From Ruminococcus sp. (GTDB lineage: Bacteria > Bacillota > Clostridia > Oscillospirales > Ruminococcaceae), in the NCBI GenBank assembly GCA_017526445.1, contig JAFXRI010000024.1:11-64010 (forward strand): a DNA stretch of 64,000 nucleotides, written 5' to 3'. A program made the translations under genes and the position numbers. The notes below the pieces were generated by a model, which was not told where the DNA came from, searched no databases, and saw only the letters and a program-made list of their open reading frames with translations. Shown here one piece after another: positions 1 to 10,467 of this stretch. Each line of letters opens with the position of its first letter. Positions within the stretch are counted from its first letter, which is position 1.

Positions 1-281
1 ATTCGACGCAGGCTTGCAAGCGAAGTTCACTTCGCTTTACGCAACGTCAAGGAGAATTTGGGTAATATGACGGAAAGCTGGCAAGCAGATGACGTGCAGA
101 GGCGTTAGCCGTGGGTTGTGCGGTGTTGCCTATATGAATATCCTTTTCTGTTTACCGGATACGATTCTTCCCGCAGTTGATGCGGATATGTTCATCGTCA
201 ACTGTCCATTGATCCGATATGCTCTGATCCGTCAAAACAAAAGGATACTCAGAAAAACATTTCACTGTAGGAGAGAACATT

Positions 282-1118
282 ATGCAAGCGATAGTAATAG
301 CCGTGTCAATAGTCTGCATCCTGGTCATTGCCTGGGGACTCAACCGTGTCAACCACGTGGTCTTCATCAAAATCAGGAAAAAATATAACGGCCTTCAGTT
401 CCGCTTTCTTGAGAGGTTCACCACCGTCGTCATAATAGTAATGGCAGTGATCTTCTGCTTCGCCGTCTTCGGCGGAATGGATAAGGTCTGGTCAACACTT
501 CTCGGAGGAACAGCTATCTTCACCGGCGTCGTGGCCTTTGTTGCCCAGGACGTCATAAAGGATATCCTCGCCGGACTGATGATAAGCATATATAAGCCCT
601 TTGAGATCGGCAACCGGATCGAGCTGGAAAACGGCATCTGCGGCATAATCAAGGACATCACGATGCGCCACGTCGTTATGCTCACCATTGATACCCAGAT
701 GATAATCATTCCCAACAGCAGGCTCAATTCAATGGTGCTGAAAAATTACAGCTACCACAGCGCACTGCGCTCCGCCATATTCAATTTCCGCGTCGCCTAC
801 GGCACCGATTTGGAGAAAGCAATGAACATCATCCGTATCGCCGTTATCGAGTCGGAACTCAGCGTTCCCCAGGAACGTCCCGACGGCAGCAAGGGCTACC
901 CCTCCGTCTATTTTATGGCCTATGAGGACAGCAGTCTCCAGCTGACAACAACTGTTTACTACAAGGCCGGCACCCCATCGGAAAAGCTTATCTCCGATAT
1001 CAACCTCCGTGTTGACCAGGCCCTCAGAAGCAACGGCATCGAGATACCCTATAATTACCTGAACGTTATGTTCCCCGACAAGGCGGGAGAACATAAAGCC
1101 TTCATAAATAAACAGTGA
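282..1118 (+). CDS. mscS: Small-conductance mechanosensitive channel (MscS family)
   Basis: N-terminal TM helices; AQDVIKDILAG..KPFEIGNRIE..GIIKDI..IIPNS pattern; C-terminal GIEIPY. Confidence 0.9.
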   Translation: MQAIVIAVSIVCILVIAWGLNRVNHVVFIKIRKKYNGLQFRFLERFTTVVIIVMAVIFCFAVFGGMDKVWSTLLGGTAIFTGVVAFVAQDVIKDILAGLMISIYKPFEIGNRIELENGICGIIKDITMRHVVMLTIDTQMIIIPNSRLNSMVLKNYSYHSALRSAIFNFRVAYGTDLEKAMNIIRIAVIESELSVPQERPDGSKGYPSVYFMAYEDSSLQLTTTVYYKAGTPSEKLISDINLRVDQALRSNGIEIPYNYLNVMFPDKAGEHKAFINKQ

Positions 1119-1159
1119 CATACGGACGCTTTGCAGCTTTGCTGCGGGGCGAAACTGTG

Positions 1160-1199
1160 CAAAAACGGTACCTCCCCTGCAGGGAAGGTGCCGTTTTGC
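1160..1199. terminator. Bidirectional hairpin between convergent mscS and fprA
   Basis: GCAAAAACGGTACC...GGTGCCGTTTTGC inverted repeat. Confidence 0.6.
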
Positions 1200-1214
1200 A
1201 TCAGTAAGTGTATT

Positions 1215-2375
1215 TTACTTTACAAGCGCGTCAGCAAGCTCTGCCAGCTTAGCCTCGCTCTCGGGAGTAAGCGCCGATCTTATCGTCACCACAGGCTCAA
1301 CAAGAGTTACGTTCTTCAGTCCTTCGATATATCCCTTGATGACTCTTCCCGCCGAGGGCGCCCAGCTGCCGTTCTCAACAACAGCTATCTTGCGGTTCTG
1401 ATAGGCCTTGGCTTTCAGATGACACAGGAAGTCTTCCATTATCGGGAAAACTCCGCCGTCATAGGATGCCGACATTATTACCAGTCTGTCATACTTGAAT
1501 GCATCCTCGATCCCCTCTGCCAGATCGTCTCTCGTCAGGTCGGAAAGCGATACCTTTTCCGCGCCCTTTGCTTCCAGCATCTCCTTCAGCTTCTCCGCAG
1601 CCTTCAGAGTGTTGCCGTGTATGGAAGCGCAGGCGATGAATATGCCCGTCACCTCCGGCTCATATTTGCTCCAGGTGTCGTAAAGGCCTACATAGTATCC
1701 TAAGTTCTCCTTGAGCAAAGGTCCGTGTGTCGGCAGTATCATAGCTATATCCAGCCCGGCTGCCTTTTTAAGCAGAGCCTGTACCTGTGCGCCGTACTTT
1801 CCGCAGATGTTGAAGTAGTAACGTCTTGCCTCGCAGGCCCAGTCCTCGTCTGTATCAAGAGTTCCGAATTTTCCGAAAGCATCTGCCGAGAAAAGTATCT
1901 TCTCGCTGGATTCGTAGCTGACCATTACCTCGGGCCAGTGTACCATCGGAGCCATATAGAAGGTCAGCCTGTGACTGCCCAGTTCAAGGACGTCACCCTC
2001 CTTGACGGTCATCCTCTCACCGCCAAGCCCTGCAAAGAACTGATCCACAAACTGGAAGGTCTTGGCATTGCCAACAAGCACAGTCTCCGGATACTTTTCA
2101 AGCAGTGCTGCTATGGATCCGGAGTGATCAGGCTCAACATGATCCATTATAAGATAGTCAGGCTTTCTCCCCGCAAGAGCTCCCTCCAGGTTAGCGAGCC
2201 ACTCCCCTGTTACTCTGTGATCAGCGGTATCTATCACAGCGATCTTATCATCGAGTATGACATAGGAGTTGTAAGCCATACCGTTGGGAACGATGTACTG
2301 GCTCTCGAACAGATCAAGATCCTTGTCGTCAACGCCGATATAAACAACGTTCTCGGAAATAGTTATGTCTCTCAT
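1215..2375 (-). CDS. fprA: Flavodiiron protein (metallo-beta-lactamase + flavodoxin domains)
   Basis: HVEPDH, HWPE, FSADAFG motifs; flavodoxin SIHGNT; RBS GGAGG before ATG 2375. Confidence 0.92.
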   Translation of the reverse strand: MRDITISENVVYIGVDDKDLDLFESQYIVPNGMAYNSYVILDDKIAVIDTADHRVTGEWLANLEGALAGRKPDYLIMDHVEPDHSGSIAALLEKYPETVLVGNAKTFQFVDQFFAGLGGERMTVKEGDVLELGSHRLTFYMAPMVHWPEVMVSYESSEKILFSADAFGKFGTLDTDEDWACEARRYYFNICGKYGAQVQALLKKAAGLDIAMILPTHGPLLKENLGYYVGLYDTWSKYEPEVTGIFIACASIHGNTLKAAEKLKEMLEAKGAEKVSLSDLTRDDLAEGIEDAFKYDRLVIMSASYDGGVFPIMEDFLCHLKAKAYQNRKIAVVENGSWAPSAGRVIKGYIEGLKNVTLVEPVVTIRSALTPESEAKLAELADALVK

Positions 2376-2560
2376 TAGCAAAACCTCCAGTTCAATAATA
2401 TATTCATATTATATCATATTTCCGATAATAAATCAATAGCTTTTGGACAAGTTTTTCGATCATACCCATATCCGCAGCCTTTGCGGAGGCAGAATCAGTA
2501 TATACTGTCCTCCCTGCTGTTGTGATAATAAAATAATTTTGCAATTTGTATCTCCCGCTC

Positions 2561-2589
2561 TTGCATTTTGAAAATAAATGTGCTACAAT
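2561..2589 (+). promoter_or_regulatory. SigA-type promoter of alaA
   Basis: TTGCAT-17bp-TACAAT. Confidence 0.55.
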
Positions 2590-2673
2590 GGTAAATAGTG
2601 TATTGTCAATTATACAATATCGCCCCCGGCACAGTTATTGCCCGGGAAAAGACCTGATTGGAGTGTTTTTAAA

Positions 2674-3891
2674 GTGAGGACCTTTGCAAAATCCACAAAA
2701 CTTGACCATGTATGCTATGATATCAGAGGACCTGTCATGGATGCAGCCGATGCAATGATAGCAAACGGCGAGAAGATACTGAAGCTCAATATAGGAAATC
2801 CTGCACCCTTCGGTTTCCGCACCCCCGACGCTGTCCTTGACGCTATGAATAAAAACCTCATCAATGCCGAGGGATATTCCGACTCAAAGGGTATCACCGA
2901 AGCAAGAGAAGCTATCATAAAGTATCACGCCTCAAAGGGCATCGAGGGCGTGGGCATCAACGATATTTATACCGGCAACGGCGTCTCTGAGCTTATCGTT
3001 ATGGTAATGCAGGGACTTCTCAATAACGGCGACGAAGTTCTCGTCCCTGCCCCCGACTATCCTCTCTGGACAGCTGCCGTGACCCTCTCCGGCGGAAATG
3101 CAGTACATTATATCTGTGACGAGCGCAGTGACTGGAATCCTGATATAGAGGATATGCGCAGAAAGATCAGCAGCAAGACCAAGGCTATCGTACTCATCAA
3201 CCCCAATAATCCCACCGGCGCAGTTTATTCCAAAGAGATACTTATGCAGATCGCAGACCTGGCCAGAGAGAACGAGCTTATCATATTCTCCGACGAGATC
3301 TATGACCGTCTGCTTATGGACGGCACAGAGCATACATCTATCGCATCACTCTGCCCCGACCTTTTCTGTATCACCTTCAACGGCCTTTCCAAATCACATA
3401 TGGTCGCAGGCTACCGCTGCGGGTGGATGGTGCTCAGCGGCGACAAGAGCAAGGTCAAAGGCTATATCGAGGGTCTGAATATGCTCTCGTCTATGAGACT
3501 CTGCTCCAACGTCCAGGCTCAGTATATCATCAAGCCAGCCCTGGAGATACCCCACAGCGCCGATCCTATGCTCCGTCCCGGAGGAAGAGTATGGGAGCAG
3601 CGTGAGCATATCTGGAAGGCTATGAACTCTATCCCCGGGCTGTCAGCAGTCAAGCCAAAGGCCGCATTCTATATCTTCCCGAAGATCGATCCCGCAAAGT
3701 TCAATATCCGCAACGACGAGCAGTTCGTCCTCGATCTGCTCAGGGATAAGAAGATACTTCTCGTCCACGGCGGCGGCTTCCATTGGGAACAGCCCGACCA
3801 CTTCCGTATAGTGTATCTCCCCTGCATCGAAACTCTCAGAGAGGCCACCGAGAAAATGGCAGATTTCCTCACATATTATAAACAGAAGTAA
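2674..3891 (+). CDS. alaA: PLP-dependent alanine aminotransferase, class I/II
   Basis: YDIRGPV, LNIGNP, INPNNPTG, SDEIY, NGLSKS..GYRCGW; GTG start after GGAG. Confidence 0.88.
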   Translation: MRTFAKSTKLDHVCYDIRGPVMDAADAMIANGEKILKLNIGNPAPFGFRTPDAVLDAMNKNLINAEGYSDSKGITEAREAIIKYHASKGIEGVGINDIYTGNGVSELIVMVMQGLLNNGDEVLVPAPDYPLWTAAVTLSGGNAVHYICDERSDWNPDIEDMRRKISSKTKAIVLINPNNPTGAVYSKEILMQIADLARENELIIFSDEIYDRLLMDGTEHTSIASLCPDLFCITFNGLSKSHMVAGYRCGWMVLSGDKSKVKGYIEGLNMLSSMRLCSNVQAQYIIKPALEIPHSADPMLRPGGRVWEQREHIWKAMNSIPGLSAVKPKAAFYIFPKIDPAKFNIRNDEQFVLDLLRDKKILLVHGGGFHWEQPDHFRIVYLPCIETLREATEKMADFLTYYKQK

Positions 3892-3901
3892 GGAGAACGC
3901 C

Positions 3902-4651
3902 ATGAAAAAGCTTATCAGACTCATCGCCCTCACAGCCGCCGCAGTCCTCTGCACAGCTGCTATGGTTTCATGCCAGCACAGGCTCGACAGCGCCAATGAC
4001 AGTACAGCCGAGGATCTTGTACCGGACGGCATGACCACCACAACAACTGCCGCCGAGGATACTGCCGATGAGGGATTTATCGGTACCGCCGAAAGCAGGA
4101 TCGAGGTCGATCCATCCAGGCTCAGCAAGTCGCAGAGCTTTGTCATATCCCTGTATACCGAATATGCCCCCGAGACCTGCGCCCAGTTCAAGGGCCTTGT
4201 GGAATCAGGCTACTACGACGGGCTCATCTTCCACAGAGTATATAAAGGCTTTATGGCACAGGGCGGCGACGGCTCCTACTACGGCAGAACAGTAAATAAA
4301 ACAATTAAAGGTGAGTTTTCCGAAAACGGGATAGAGAATACCCTCTCACATACCCGCGGCATAGTTTCAATGGCAAGATCCACAAGCTATGACAGCGCCA
4401 CCAGCCAGTTCTTCATAGTCTATGACGACTCGGCTCAGCAGAAGCTCGACGGCAAATATGCAGCCTTCGGCAAAGTCATCGAGGGAATGGATGTAGTTGA
4501 CAGCTTCCTGAACGTCCCTATGACAGATAACGGCCAGGATAAGATCGCCACCTTCCCCTCTCAGCCAATAACTATTCTGAAAGCTGAGCTCGACGGGACC
4601 GACAGCGAGGGACATACGCTCTGCCGCTTCTATATGCAGGTCGGCAGCTGA
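3902..4651 (+). CDS. Cyclophilin-type peptidyl-prolyl isomerase, lipoprotein
   Basis: FHRV..FMAQGGD, SMAR, SQFFI, LDGKYAAFG; signal peptide with lipobox MVSC. Confidence 0.9.
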   Translation: MKKLIRLIALTAAAVLCTAAMVSCQHRLDSANDSTAEDLVPDGMTTTTTAAEDTADEGFIGTAESRIEVDPSRLSKSQSFVISLYTEYAPETCAQFKGLVESGYYDGLIFHRVYKGFMAQGGDGSYYGRTVNKTIKGEFSENGIENTLSHTRGIVSMARSTSYDSATSQFFIVYDDSAQQKLDGKYAAFGKVIEGMDVVDSFLNVPMTDNGQDKIATFPSQPITILKAELDGTDSEGHTLCRFYMQVGS

Positions 4652-4852
4652 CTCCGCGCAGTACCTGACGGTCCGCCTCCGGGAGTATTAGGATACTGTC
4701 TTTTCCCCGCAGGCAGCCGTTCCTATCATAAAACAAAAAATCGTGATACCGCACAAAATGTCTTTACCCTTAACTGTGCTGTATCACGTTTTTATTTTTG
4801 CAATTACGCGCGGCTGTGCGCGTCGGGGCATTACCCCGGAACCTGAAGCTGT

Positions 4853-6607
4853 TCAGCCCTCCGCCAGCTTTTTCACAAGCTCCTCGTCAGGAGTGACGTA
4901 TAACGTCTTGTTCGAGTAGAATATCACCATACCGGGCTTCGCGCCGGCAGGCTTCTTCACGTTCTTTATCAGCGTATAATCCACCGGGACCTGCGACGAT
5001 GACCTTCCCTTGGAGTGATAAGCCGCAATAACAGCAGCCTCGGTTATCGTTCGCTCGGGCGGCTGTTCTCCGTGACAGGATATGACCGTGTGCGAGCCTG
5101 TAATGTCCTTCGTGTGCAGCCAGATGTCCAGCTTTTCCGAATCCTTGCAGGTAAGGCGGTCGTTCTGCTTGTTGTTGCGCCCGACTCTTATCTCATAACC
5201 GTCTGATGAGATAAACTTCAGCGGAGGACGGTTCTTCATAAGCTTCTGCTTCGATTCGCTCCGCTTGACATATCCCTGCTCGGAAAGCTCCTCCCTCAGT
5301 TCGGCTATGTCAGTCTCCCCCGCTGCACGGGTGAGCGCATCAAATACCGAGTCTATATAGGCAAGCTCCTCCTCACCCTGCTTTATTAGCTCTCTCAGCT
5401 TCTTCTCAGCAGTGACGGCCTTGCGGTACTCCTTGTAGTAGCGCTGTGCATTCTGCGTAGGAGTCAGCCTTCTCTCAAGAGGTATATGCACCGTAGGGCT
5501 ACCTTCCTCGTAAAAATCCTCCACATCAGCCGATGCATCCCCCTTCTGCAAGCGGTAGAGGTTGGACATTATAAGGTCGCCGTACTTTTTCAGCTTATCC
5601 CTGTCAGCGCACTCTTTAAGCTCCAGCTGCTGATTGGCAGTTCTTCGTGAGATACGCTCCGAGGTGTTGACCAGGAGCCTGAACAGATCCTGAGCTTTCT
5701 GCTTCATACGCGCAGTCCTGTCACGCTCCGAATAGAATCTGTCCAGAGTCTCGCAGGCAGAAGCCGCCTGTGAGGTCACCATAAGATTTTCGTACTGTCT
5801 TATCTCTGTGAAGCAAAAGTCCTTGAACTGTCCGTCCGGAGTGCGCAGGATAGTGTACCTGTTACTGCCCTCTGACAGCTCCGCCGCAGTCTTTTTAAGA
5901 TAAAAAGCCAGCCTGTCTAACTCGTCCGCCGTCATTTCCGGAACAGTCAGCTCCCGTCCCCTGCCGGCATAGAACTCCGCCTCTCTCGCAAACACCGGCG
6001 AGATGCCCTCCATAACGCTCATAAGCGCCTTGGGCAGCTTCATATTTCCGGCGCCCCGCACTGCAGCGGCTATCTCCGAAGCCTCGTCAGAGATCAGCGA
6101 CAGCCTTGGCTCCTTGGGCGGGAGAGTGTACTCCATCCCCGGCAGCACCGGTCTTACCTGGGACATATCCTGTCCCACGCGTTTTATACTGTCGATTATC
6201 CTGCCATCGCTGTTTATCAGGATAAGATTTGAGTGCCTGCCCATTATCTCGATAGCCAGCGTCAGCCGGCAGATGTCTCCCATTTCGTTTGAGGAGTCAA
6301 AGTCGAAATAGAGTATCCTTTCAAGGCCGTCCTGCCTTATCCCCATTAGCTTGCCGCCTGACAGCTGTTTCCTCATAAGCATACAGAACATAGGCGGGAC
6401 CTTGGGATTTTCTATATCCGTTCTTGTGGCGTGTACTCTTGCGGTCCCTGCCCCGGTGTTGAAAAGCAGCCTGTACGCTCCGTCACGGGTGCGCAGGGAT
6501 ACAAGCAGTTCCTCCCTTGAGGGCTGATGTATCTTATCCACTCTGCCGCCGATAAGCGGCTCCAGTTCCCTTTTCACAAGATTCAAAAACACTCCGTCAA
6601 GAGCCAT
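4853..6607 (-). CDS. rqcH: Ribosome quality-control protein RqcH (NFACT/FbpA family)
   Basis: MALDG start, PPMFCMLMRK, EIMGRHSN, VGRNNKQND, WLH..GSH, KPGMVI. Confidence 0.93.
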   Translation of the reverse strand: MALDGVFLNLVKRELEPLIGGRVDKIHQPSREELLVSLRTRDGAYRLLFNTGAGTARVHATRTDIENPKVPPMFCMLMRKQLSGGKLMGIRQDGLERILYFDFDSSNEMGDICRLTLAIEIMGRHSNLILINSDGRIIDSIKRVGQDMSQVRPVLPGMEYTLPPKEPRLSLISDEASEIAAAVRGAGNMKLPKALMSVMEGISPVFAREAEFYAGRGRELTVPEMTADELDRLAFYLKKTAAELSEGSNRYTILRTPDGQFKDFCFTEIRQYENLMVTSQAASACETLDRFYSERDRTARMKQKAQDLFRLLVNTSERISRRTANQQLELKECADRDKLKKYGDLIMSNLYRLQKGDASADVEDFYEEGSPTVHIPLERRLTPTQNAQRYYKEYRKAVTAEKKLRELIKQGEEELAYIDSVFDALTRAAGETDIAELREELSEQGYVKRSESKQKLMKNRPPLKFISSDGYEIRVGRNNKQNDRLTCKDSEKLDIWLHTKDITGSHTVISCHGEQPPERTITEAAVIAAYHSKGRSSSQVPVDYTLIKNVKKPAGAKPGMVIFYSNKTLYVTPDEELVKKLAEG

Positions 6608-6664
6608 ATGAGTTCACCTTCCCTCAGGGCAAAAGCCCCATGATTTGTCAGCAGCCCCGAACTG

Positions 6665-7432
6665 TCAGAACTGATAGCTGAGTATATCCCTCTCGGAGGG
6701 AGCTACTTCAAAATGCACCCCGGGGAACTTCTCCGAAAGCACGTTGCGCATATACTCGCAGAAGATCTCCTCCGTGTGGTAATGCCCGGCATCTATGACC
6801 ATCACGCCGGCATTGTAAGCGTCGATGAACACATTGTGCTTAACATCGCCGGTGATAAGGCAGTCAACGTTCTTGGCGATCACGTCTGGAAGTAAGCTTC
6901 CTCCGCTGCCGGAGCACACCGCTGTACGGTTGATCTCTCCGCCCATATTGTTATATCTTACGCAGGTGGTGCCGAGGGCTGCCTGTATGCGTGTGACAAG
7001 CCTTTCCGGTGTCATATTGGCACACTCGCATATATACCCTGTCGGAACGCCGTTCTCGACCTTCAGCGGTTCAGTAGGTATGAGCTGCAGCTTATCACAG
7101 AGGATATCGTTCATCTTAGCGCTGTCAAAGCTGGTGTGAGCACTTATTACGCTGATACCGTCAAAAGCCAGCCTTCCGGCCACAGATCTGAAATCGATCT
7201 GTCTGATCGGATCGAATATCACAGGATGATGCGTGATGATGAGCTGAGCGCCGATCTGTTCCGCATCGCGGACAACATCGCTGGTGGCATCAAGCGCGAT
7301 AAGCGCCGACTTGACTTCGTCGTCTCCCCAGCCGATATTGAGCCCGCTGTTGTCGTAGCTCTCCTGATCCTTGAAAGGCGCGATCTTGTCAATGTAATCG
7401 TAGATGTCTTTTACTGTCGTCATTTGCTTCAC
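6665..7432 (-). CDS. Nif3-like dinuclear metal-centre protein
   Basis: DNSGL, ITHHP, AHTSFD, TGDVKH, DAGHY. Confidence 0.9.
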   Translation of the reverse strand: MKQMTTVKDIYDYIDKIAPFKDQESYDNSGLNIGWGDDEVKSALIALDATSDVVRDAEQIGAQLIITHHPVIFDPIRQIDFRSVAGRLAFDGISVISAHTSFDSAKMNDILCDKLQLIPTEPLKVENGVPTGYICECANMTPERLVTRIQAALGTTCVRYNNMGGEINRTAVCSGSGGSLLPDVIAKNVDCLITGDVKHNVFIDAYNAGVMVIDAGHYHTEEIFCEYMRNVLSEKFPGVHFEVAPSERDILSYQF

Positions 7433-7585
7433 CTCATATATTTATTATCAGACTATCCCTTTGTCCTTCCGCAGGCCGGATGTCTGTTCATCAGCGCTGA
7501 GTCTGCCGGGAAAAGGCCATTCCCGGATAAGACCACACCCTGAAAGCAGTTCTCCCGTACATAGAAAGCCGCAGGGATAGCTGTA

Positions 7586-8665
7586 TCATACTTTTCGCCT
7601 GGTGCCCATAAGGAAGCGGAGCGGCGGTATCCTTATGCATATCTCGCAGGAAACGAACGCTGCTGCATATGCAGGAACTATGGGAGCAAAAAACATTATC
7701 GCCGTACCGCAGCCCGAATACGTCCCGAGAAGATACTGGAACAGGACTATCCACACATAGTGCAGGATATAAAACATAAAAGATCTTTGGGACATATACC
7801 TTGTAAAACTGTTGGACATATTGAAGCGTTCCCCGGCGGTACTGATCAGTCCCAGAACCGTGAACCATTCTGTTCCCCACCTTGCGGCGGTGTTGAGCGT
7901 TCTGACTGCTGCGCTCTGATCCGCCCAAAGGAACAGGTATGTATCCAGTACACCTGCCGCCAGACCGATGCCCAGCAGCAGCCATCTGCATTTTGAGAGC
8001 TTCTCGGTGACTCTGTCATCCGAAAGCAGGTAATAGCCTGCCATAAACATATACAGGTATTCTGCTATACTCTTGCCGCCGATCTGAAGCACCTCGTGCA
8101 GGGGCAGCAGCGGAAGCCCGAGAAGGATCATCCCCCAGACCGGGATCCTGCTCACATCGAAGCGTTTCCCACAGCGGATACCGATCCGCCGTATCACAAT
8201 AAAGATCACCGAGATAACGAACAGGAACAGCAGGAACCAGAAATGTCCCACGGAAAAACCTCCGTCCCCGCCGGTAAGGTCTGTGAACTTCGTAAAGAAC
8301 ACCTTATAATGCGACAGCAGCGAGCCAGTATATCCGCAGTTGAAGCGGTCGGCCAGCCAGCTCATCACAGGCATAACGGTAACTGTGCCGAAGACGAAGG
8401 GTATCAGCAGTCTCCTGACTCTTTCGGCGAGGTACTGCCGCTCGGTCCTTTTGGCGAGGGCGTATCTGCTGCTCATCCCTGCCAGAGCGAACAGAAGCGG
8501 CATCAGAAAAGGGCTCAGGAACACAACGATGCTGATGACGGCACGGTTTCCCTCAAAGAAGATATAATTCGGTTCATCCCAGGTGTTCCAGGCCATTGCG
8601 GCGTGATAAACTATCAGAAGGCTCACGGCGCTCCATCTGAGATTGTCCACATAGTTCCTGCGCAT
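7586..8665 (-). CDS. Acyltransferase family 3 membrane protein (OpgC-like)
   Basis: YVDNLR..IVYH, MPLLF, RRLLIP, HFWFL, FYILH; many TM segments. Confidence 0.85.
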   Translation of the reverse strand: MRRNYVDNLRWSAVSLLIVYHAAMAWNTWDEPNYIFFEGNRAVISIVVFLSPFLMPLLFALAGMSSRYALAKRTERQYLAERVRRLLIPFVFGTVTVMPVMSWLADRFNCGYTGSLLSHYKVFFTKFTDLTGGDGGFSVGHFWFLLFLFVISVIFIVIRRIGIRCGKRFDVSRIPVWGMILLGLPLLPLHEVLQIGGKSIAEYLYMFMAGYYLLSDDRVTEKLSKCRWLLLGIGLAAGVLDTYLFLWADQSAAVRTLNTAARWGTEWFTVLGLISTAGERFNMSNSFTRYMSQRSFMFYILHYVWIVLFQYLLGTYSGCGTAIMFFAPIVPAYAAAFVSCEICIRIPPLRFLMGTRRKV

Positions 8666-8679
8666 ACCGCAGCACCTCT

Positions 8680-9135
8680 TTATGTTTCGTCCGGAGCGGA
8701 CTGCTGCTCATCGTCCTTTTCCTCGCTGTCAGGCTCATCAGTCTTGTTGAGTCCGAAAAGGTGTCTTATCATCTCATACAGCAGCGAGACACCTGCAAAA
8801 GCGCCCATCGTTACGATAAGAGTGGTATTATAGCTCCCGCCCAGCATCTCGAAATTACCGCCGCCGTTGACCGTCCTTGTAAGCAGGAACGCTGCCGGGA
8901 CAGCTCCCAAAGCGCAGCTGAACCACCTCTGGCGCCTGGTGAGCTTCACCAGCGACACACGGTAGAGTATCATCTGCAGGACGACTGCCACAGCCACAGC
9001 AGCGGCATACGATGCCTCGCCGCCGGAATTAAGGCTTATGAGCAGCACAGTTATAAATACTCCCCACACAAAAGAGGCAGTAAGAAGTGCCATACCTATA
9101 CAGAGCAATATTCTGAGTACACGCTTCTTTGACAT
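8680..9135 (-). CDS. Hypothetical membrane protein (~4 TM)
   Basis: Hydrophobic ORF with RBS, acidic C-terminal tail. Confidence 0.7.
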   Translation of the reverse strand: MSKKRVLRILLCIGMALLTASFVWGVFITVLLISLNSGGEASYAAAVAVAVVLQMILYRVSLVKLTRRQRWFSCALGAVPAAFLLTRTVNGGGNFEMLGGSYNTTLIVTMGAFAGVSLLYEMIRHLFGLNKTDEPDSEEKDDEQQSAPDET

Positions 9136-9174
9136 CCTGACTCCTCACTCTCTTCGCCCGGTACGGGCATGTGA

Positions 9175-9858
9175 TCATTCTGTGCTTATCTTTGCTCTTA
9201 GTGCTTCAGCAGCGCTAAGATACTTCTCAGCCTCATCCGACCGGGCTGCATCACGCCCGATGCCTCTGCCCACGGCCTCCAGCCTCATAGCCTGCCGTTC
9301 GAGGTATTCAGCACCCTCACAGGTATCACCGCTGACGAGCCCTCCGTAAAGGTATTCAAGGGAACACTCGCCCTCGGGACCTGCTCCGGAATATACGGCC
9401 TGCATCACCGAATAGACGAACCTGCCCTCCTTGCAGGGCAGCTCGCGGATGACATTAAATCCGCTGGCGTGCAGAAATCTCCGCAGGTGGTCCCACTTGG
9501 TCATAGGCTGCAAAATGAGGTTGACACGGTTTGTCTTTATCCACTCCGCGCGGGCGATTATATCGGCAATGAGCTCACCGCCCATACCTGCGATGACCAC
9601 ATCGGTTATCCCTTCCTCAGGGACGCTGTCCAGCCCGTCGGAGAGCACTGTCTCTATCTTATCCGAGAGACCTGCCCTGGCGATGTTCTCTCTTGCCGAG
9701 GCAAGGGGCATCTCGTTTATATCACAGGCAACAGCGCTGCTGCATATACCCTTTTCTATCAAATACACCGGAAGATACCCGTGGTCTGTTCCCACATCAG
9801 CGGCACGCTCCCCGACGCACAGCTCAGCACAGCACAGCAGCCTGCGGTCATTCAACAT
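9175..9858 (-). CDS. trmK: tRNA (adenine22-N1)-methyltransferase
   Basis: DVGTDHGYLP, SDGL, IAGMGG, LILQP; start re-set to ATG 9858 (GAGG RBS), the longer ORF runs through a repeat. Confidence 0.92.
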   Translation of the reverse strand: MLNDRRLLCCAELCVGERAADVGTDHGYLPVYLIEKGICSSAVACDINEMPLASARENIARAGLSDKIETVLSDGLDSVPEEGITDVVIAGMGGELIADIIARAEWIKTNRVNLILQPMTKWDHLRRFLHASGFNVIRELPCKEGRFVYSVMQAVYSGAGPEGECSLEYLYGGLVSGDTCEGAEYLERQAMRLEAVGRGIGRDAARSDEAEKYLSAAEALRAKISTE

Positions 9859-9929
9859 CCTCACCTCTTTGAAAATTGCCTGTTCTTTTCTCTGTCCGCT
9901 TGGGCCGTGACTGCTCGGAAGTATAAACT

Positions 9930-10165
9930 TTATTGGGGCAAACCTTTCTGAAGAAAGGTTATTCCCCCCTTGCTCCGCAAGGTTCCCCTCTTCCCAAGAC
10001 TTCTGGTACTTTTTTGGCAGGGGGTAACACAAAGCCGTAAAAAAGCACAAATTTATCGGCTTATGCGTTCTGTCGGAAAAACTGCTACCCCCTGCCAAAA
10101 AAGAATTAAAAGTTTTAGGAAGGGGGTTCGGGGGACAACCCTTTTTCAAAAGGGTTTCCCCCGGT
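9930..10165. repeat. Nested palindromic (REP/MITE-like) element
   Basis: Terminal hairpins GGGGCAAACCTTTCTGAAGAAAGGTTATTCCCC and GGGGGACAACCCTTTTTCAAAAGGGTTTCCCCC; internal IR TTTTTTGGCAGGGGG/CCCCCTGCCAAAAAA. Confidence 0.75.
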
Positions 10166-10263
10166 AAGGTCTGTGCTTCTGAACGGTCACGGCCCAAACG
10201 GACAGAGAAAGGGGCAGGCGGTTTTAAAAAAAGCTGCCGCAGGGATGCGGCAGCACGTGGTGG

Positions 10264-10467
10264 TCAGCCTGCAAGATGAGAATTGAGCTTCTTCACCATA
10301 GCATCGGCGTCAACGCCGTGGACCATGCAAGCCTCTTCGAGCGTCTCGCCTCTGGAGGCAGGGCAATACAGACAATGCATACCCATCTCTACAAAATACT
10401 GGGATGTTGTTTCATCATGATCGAGGATATCACCGATAACGGTATCCTTTGTTACTTCAAAAGCCAT
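10264..10467 (-). CDS. DUF1858-type small protein
   Basis: GMHCLYCPASRGETLEEACMVHG. Confidence 0.85.
   Translation of the reverse strand: MAFEVTKDTVIGDILDHDETTSQYFVEMGMHCLYCPASRGETLEEACMVHGVDADAMVKKLNSHLAG

Noticed and set aside
9859-10197. N-terminal extension of TrmK in the ORF track
   Set aside because: Translation of the palindromic repeat; the real RBS and ATG are at 9858.
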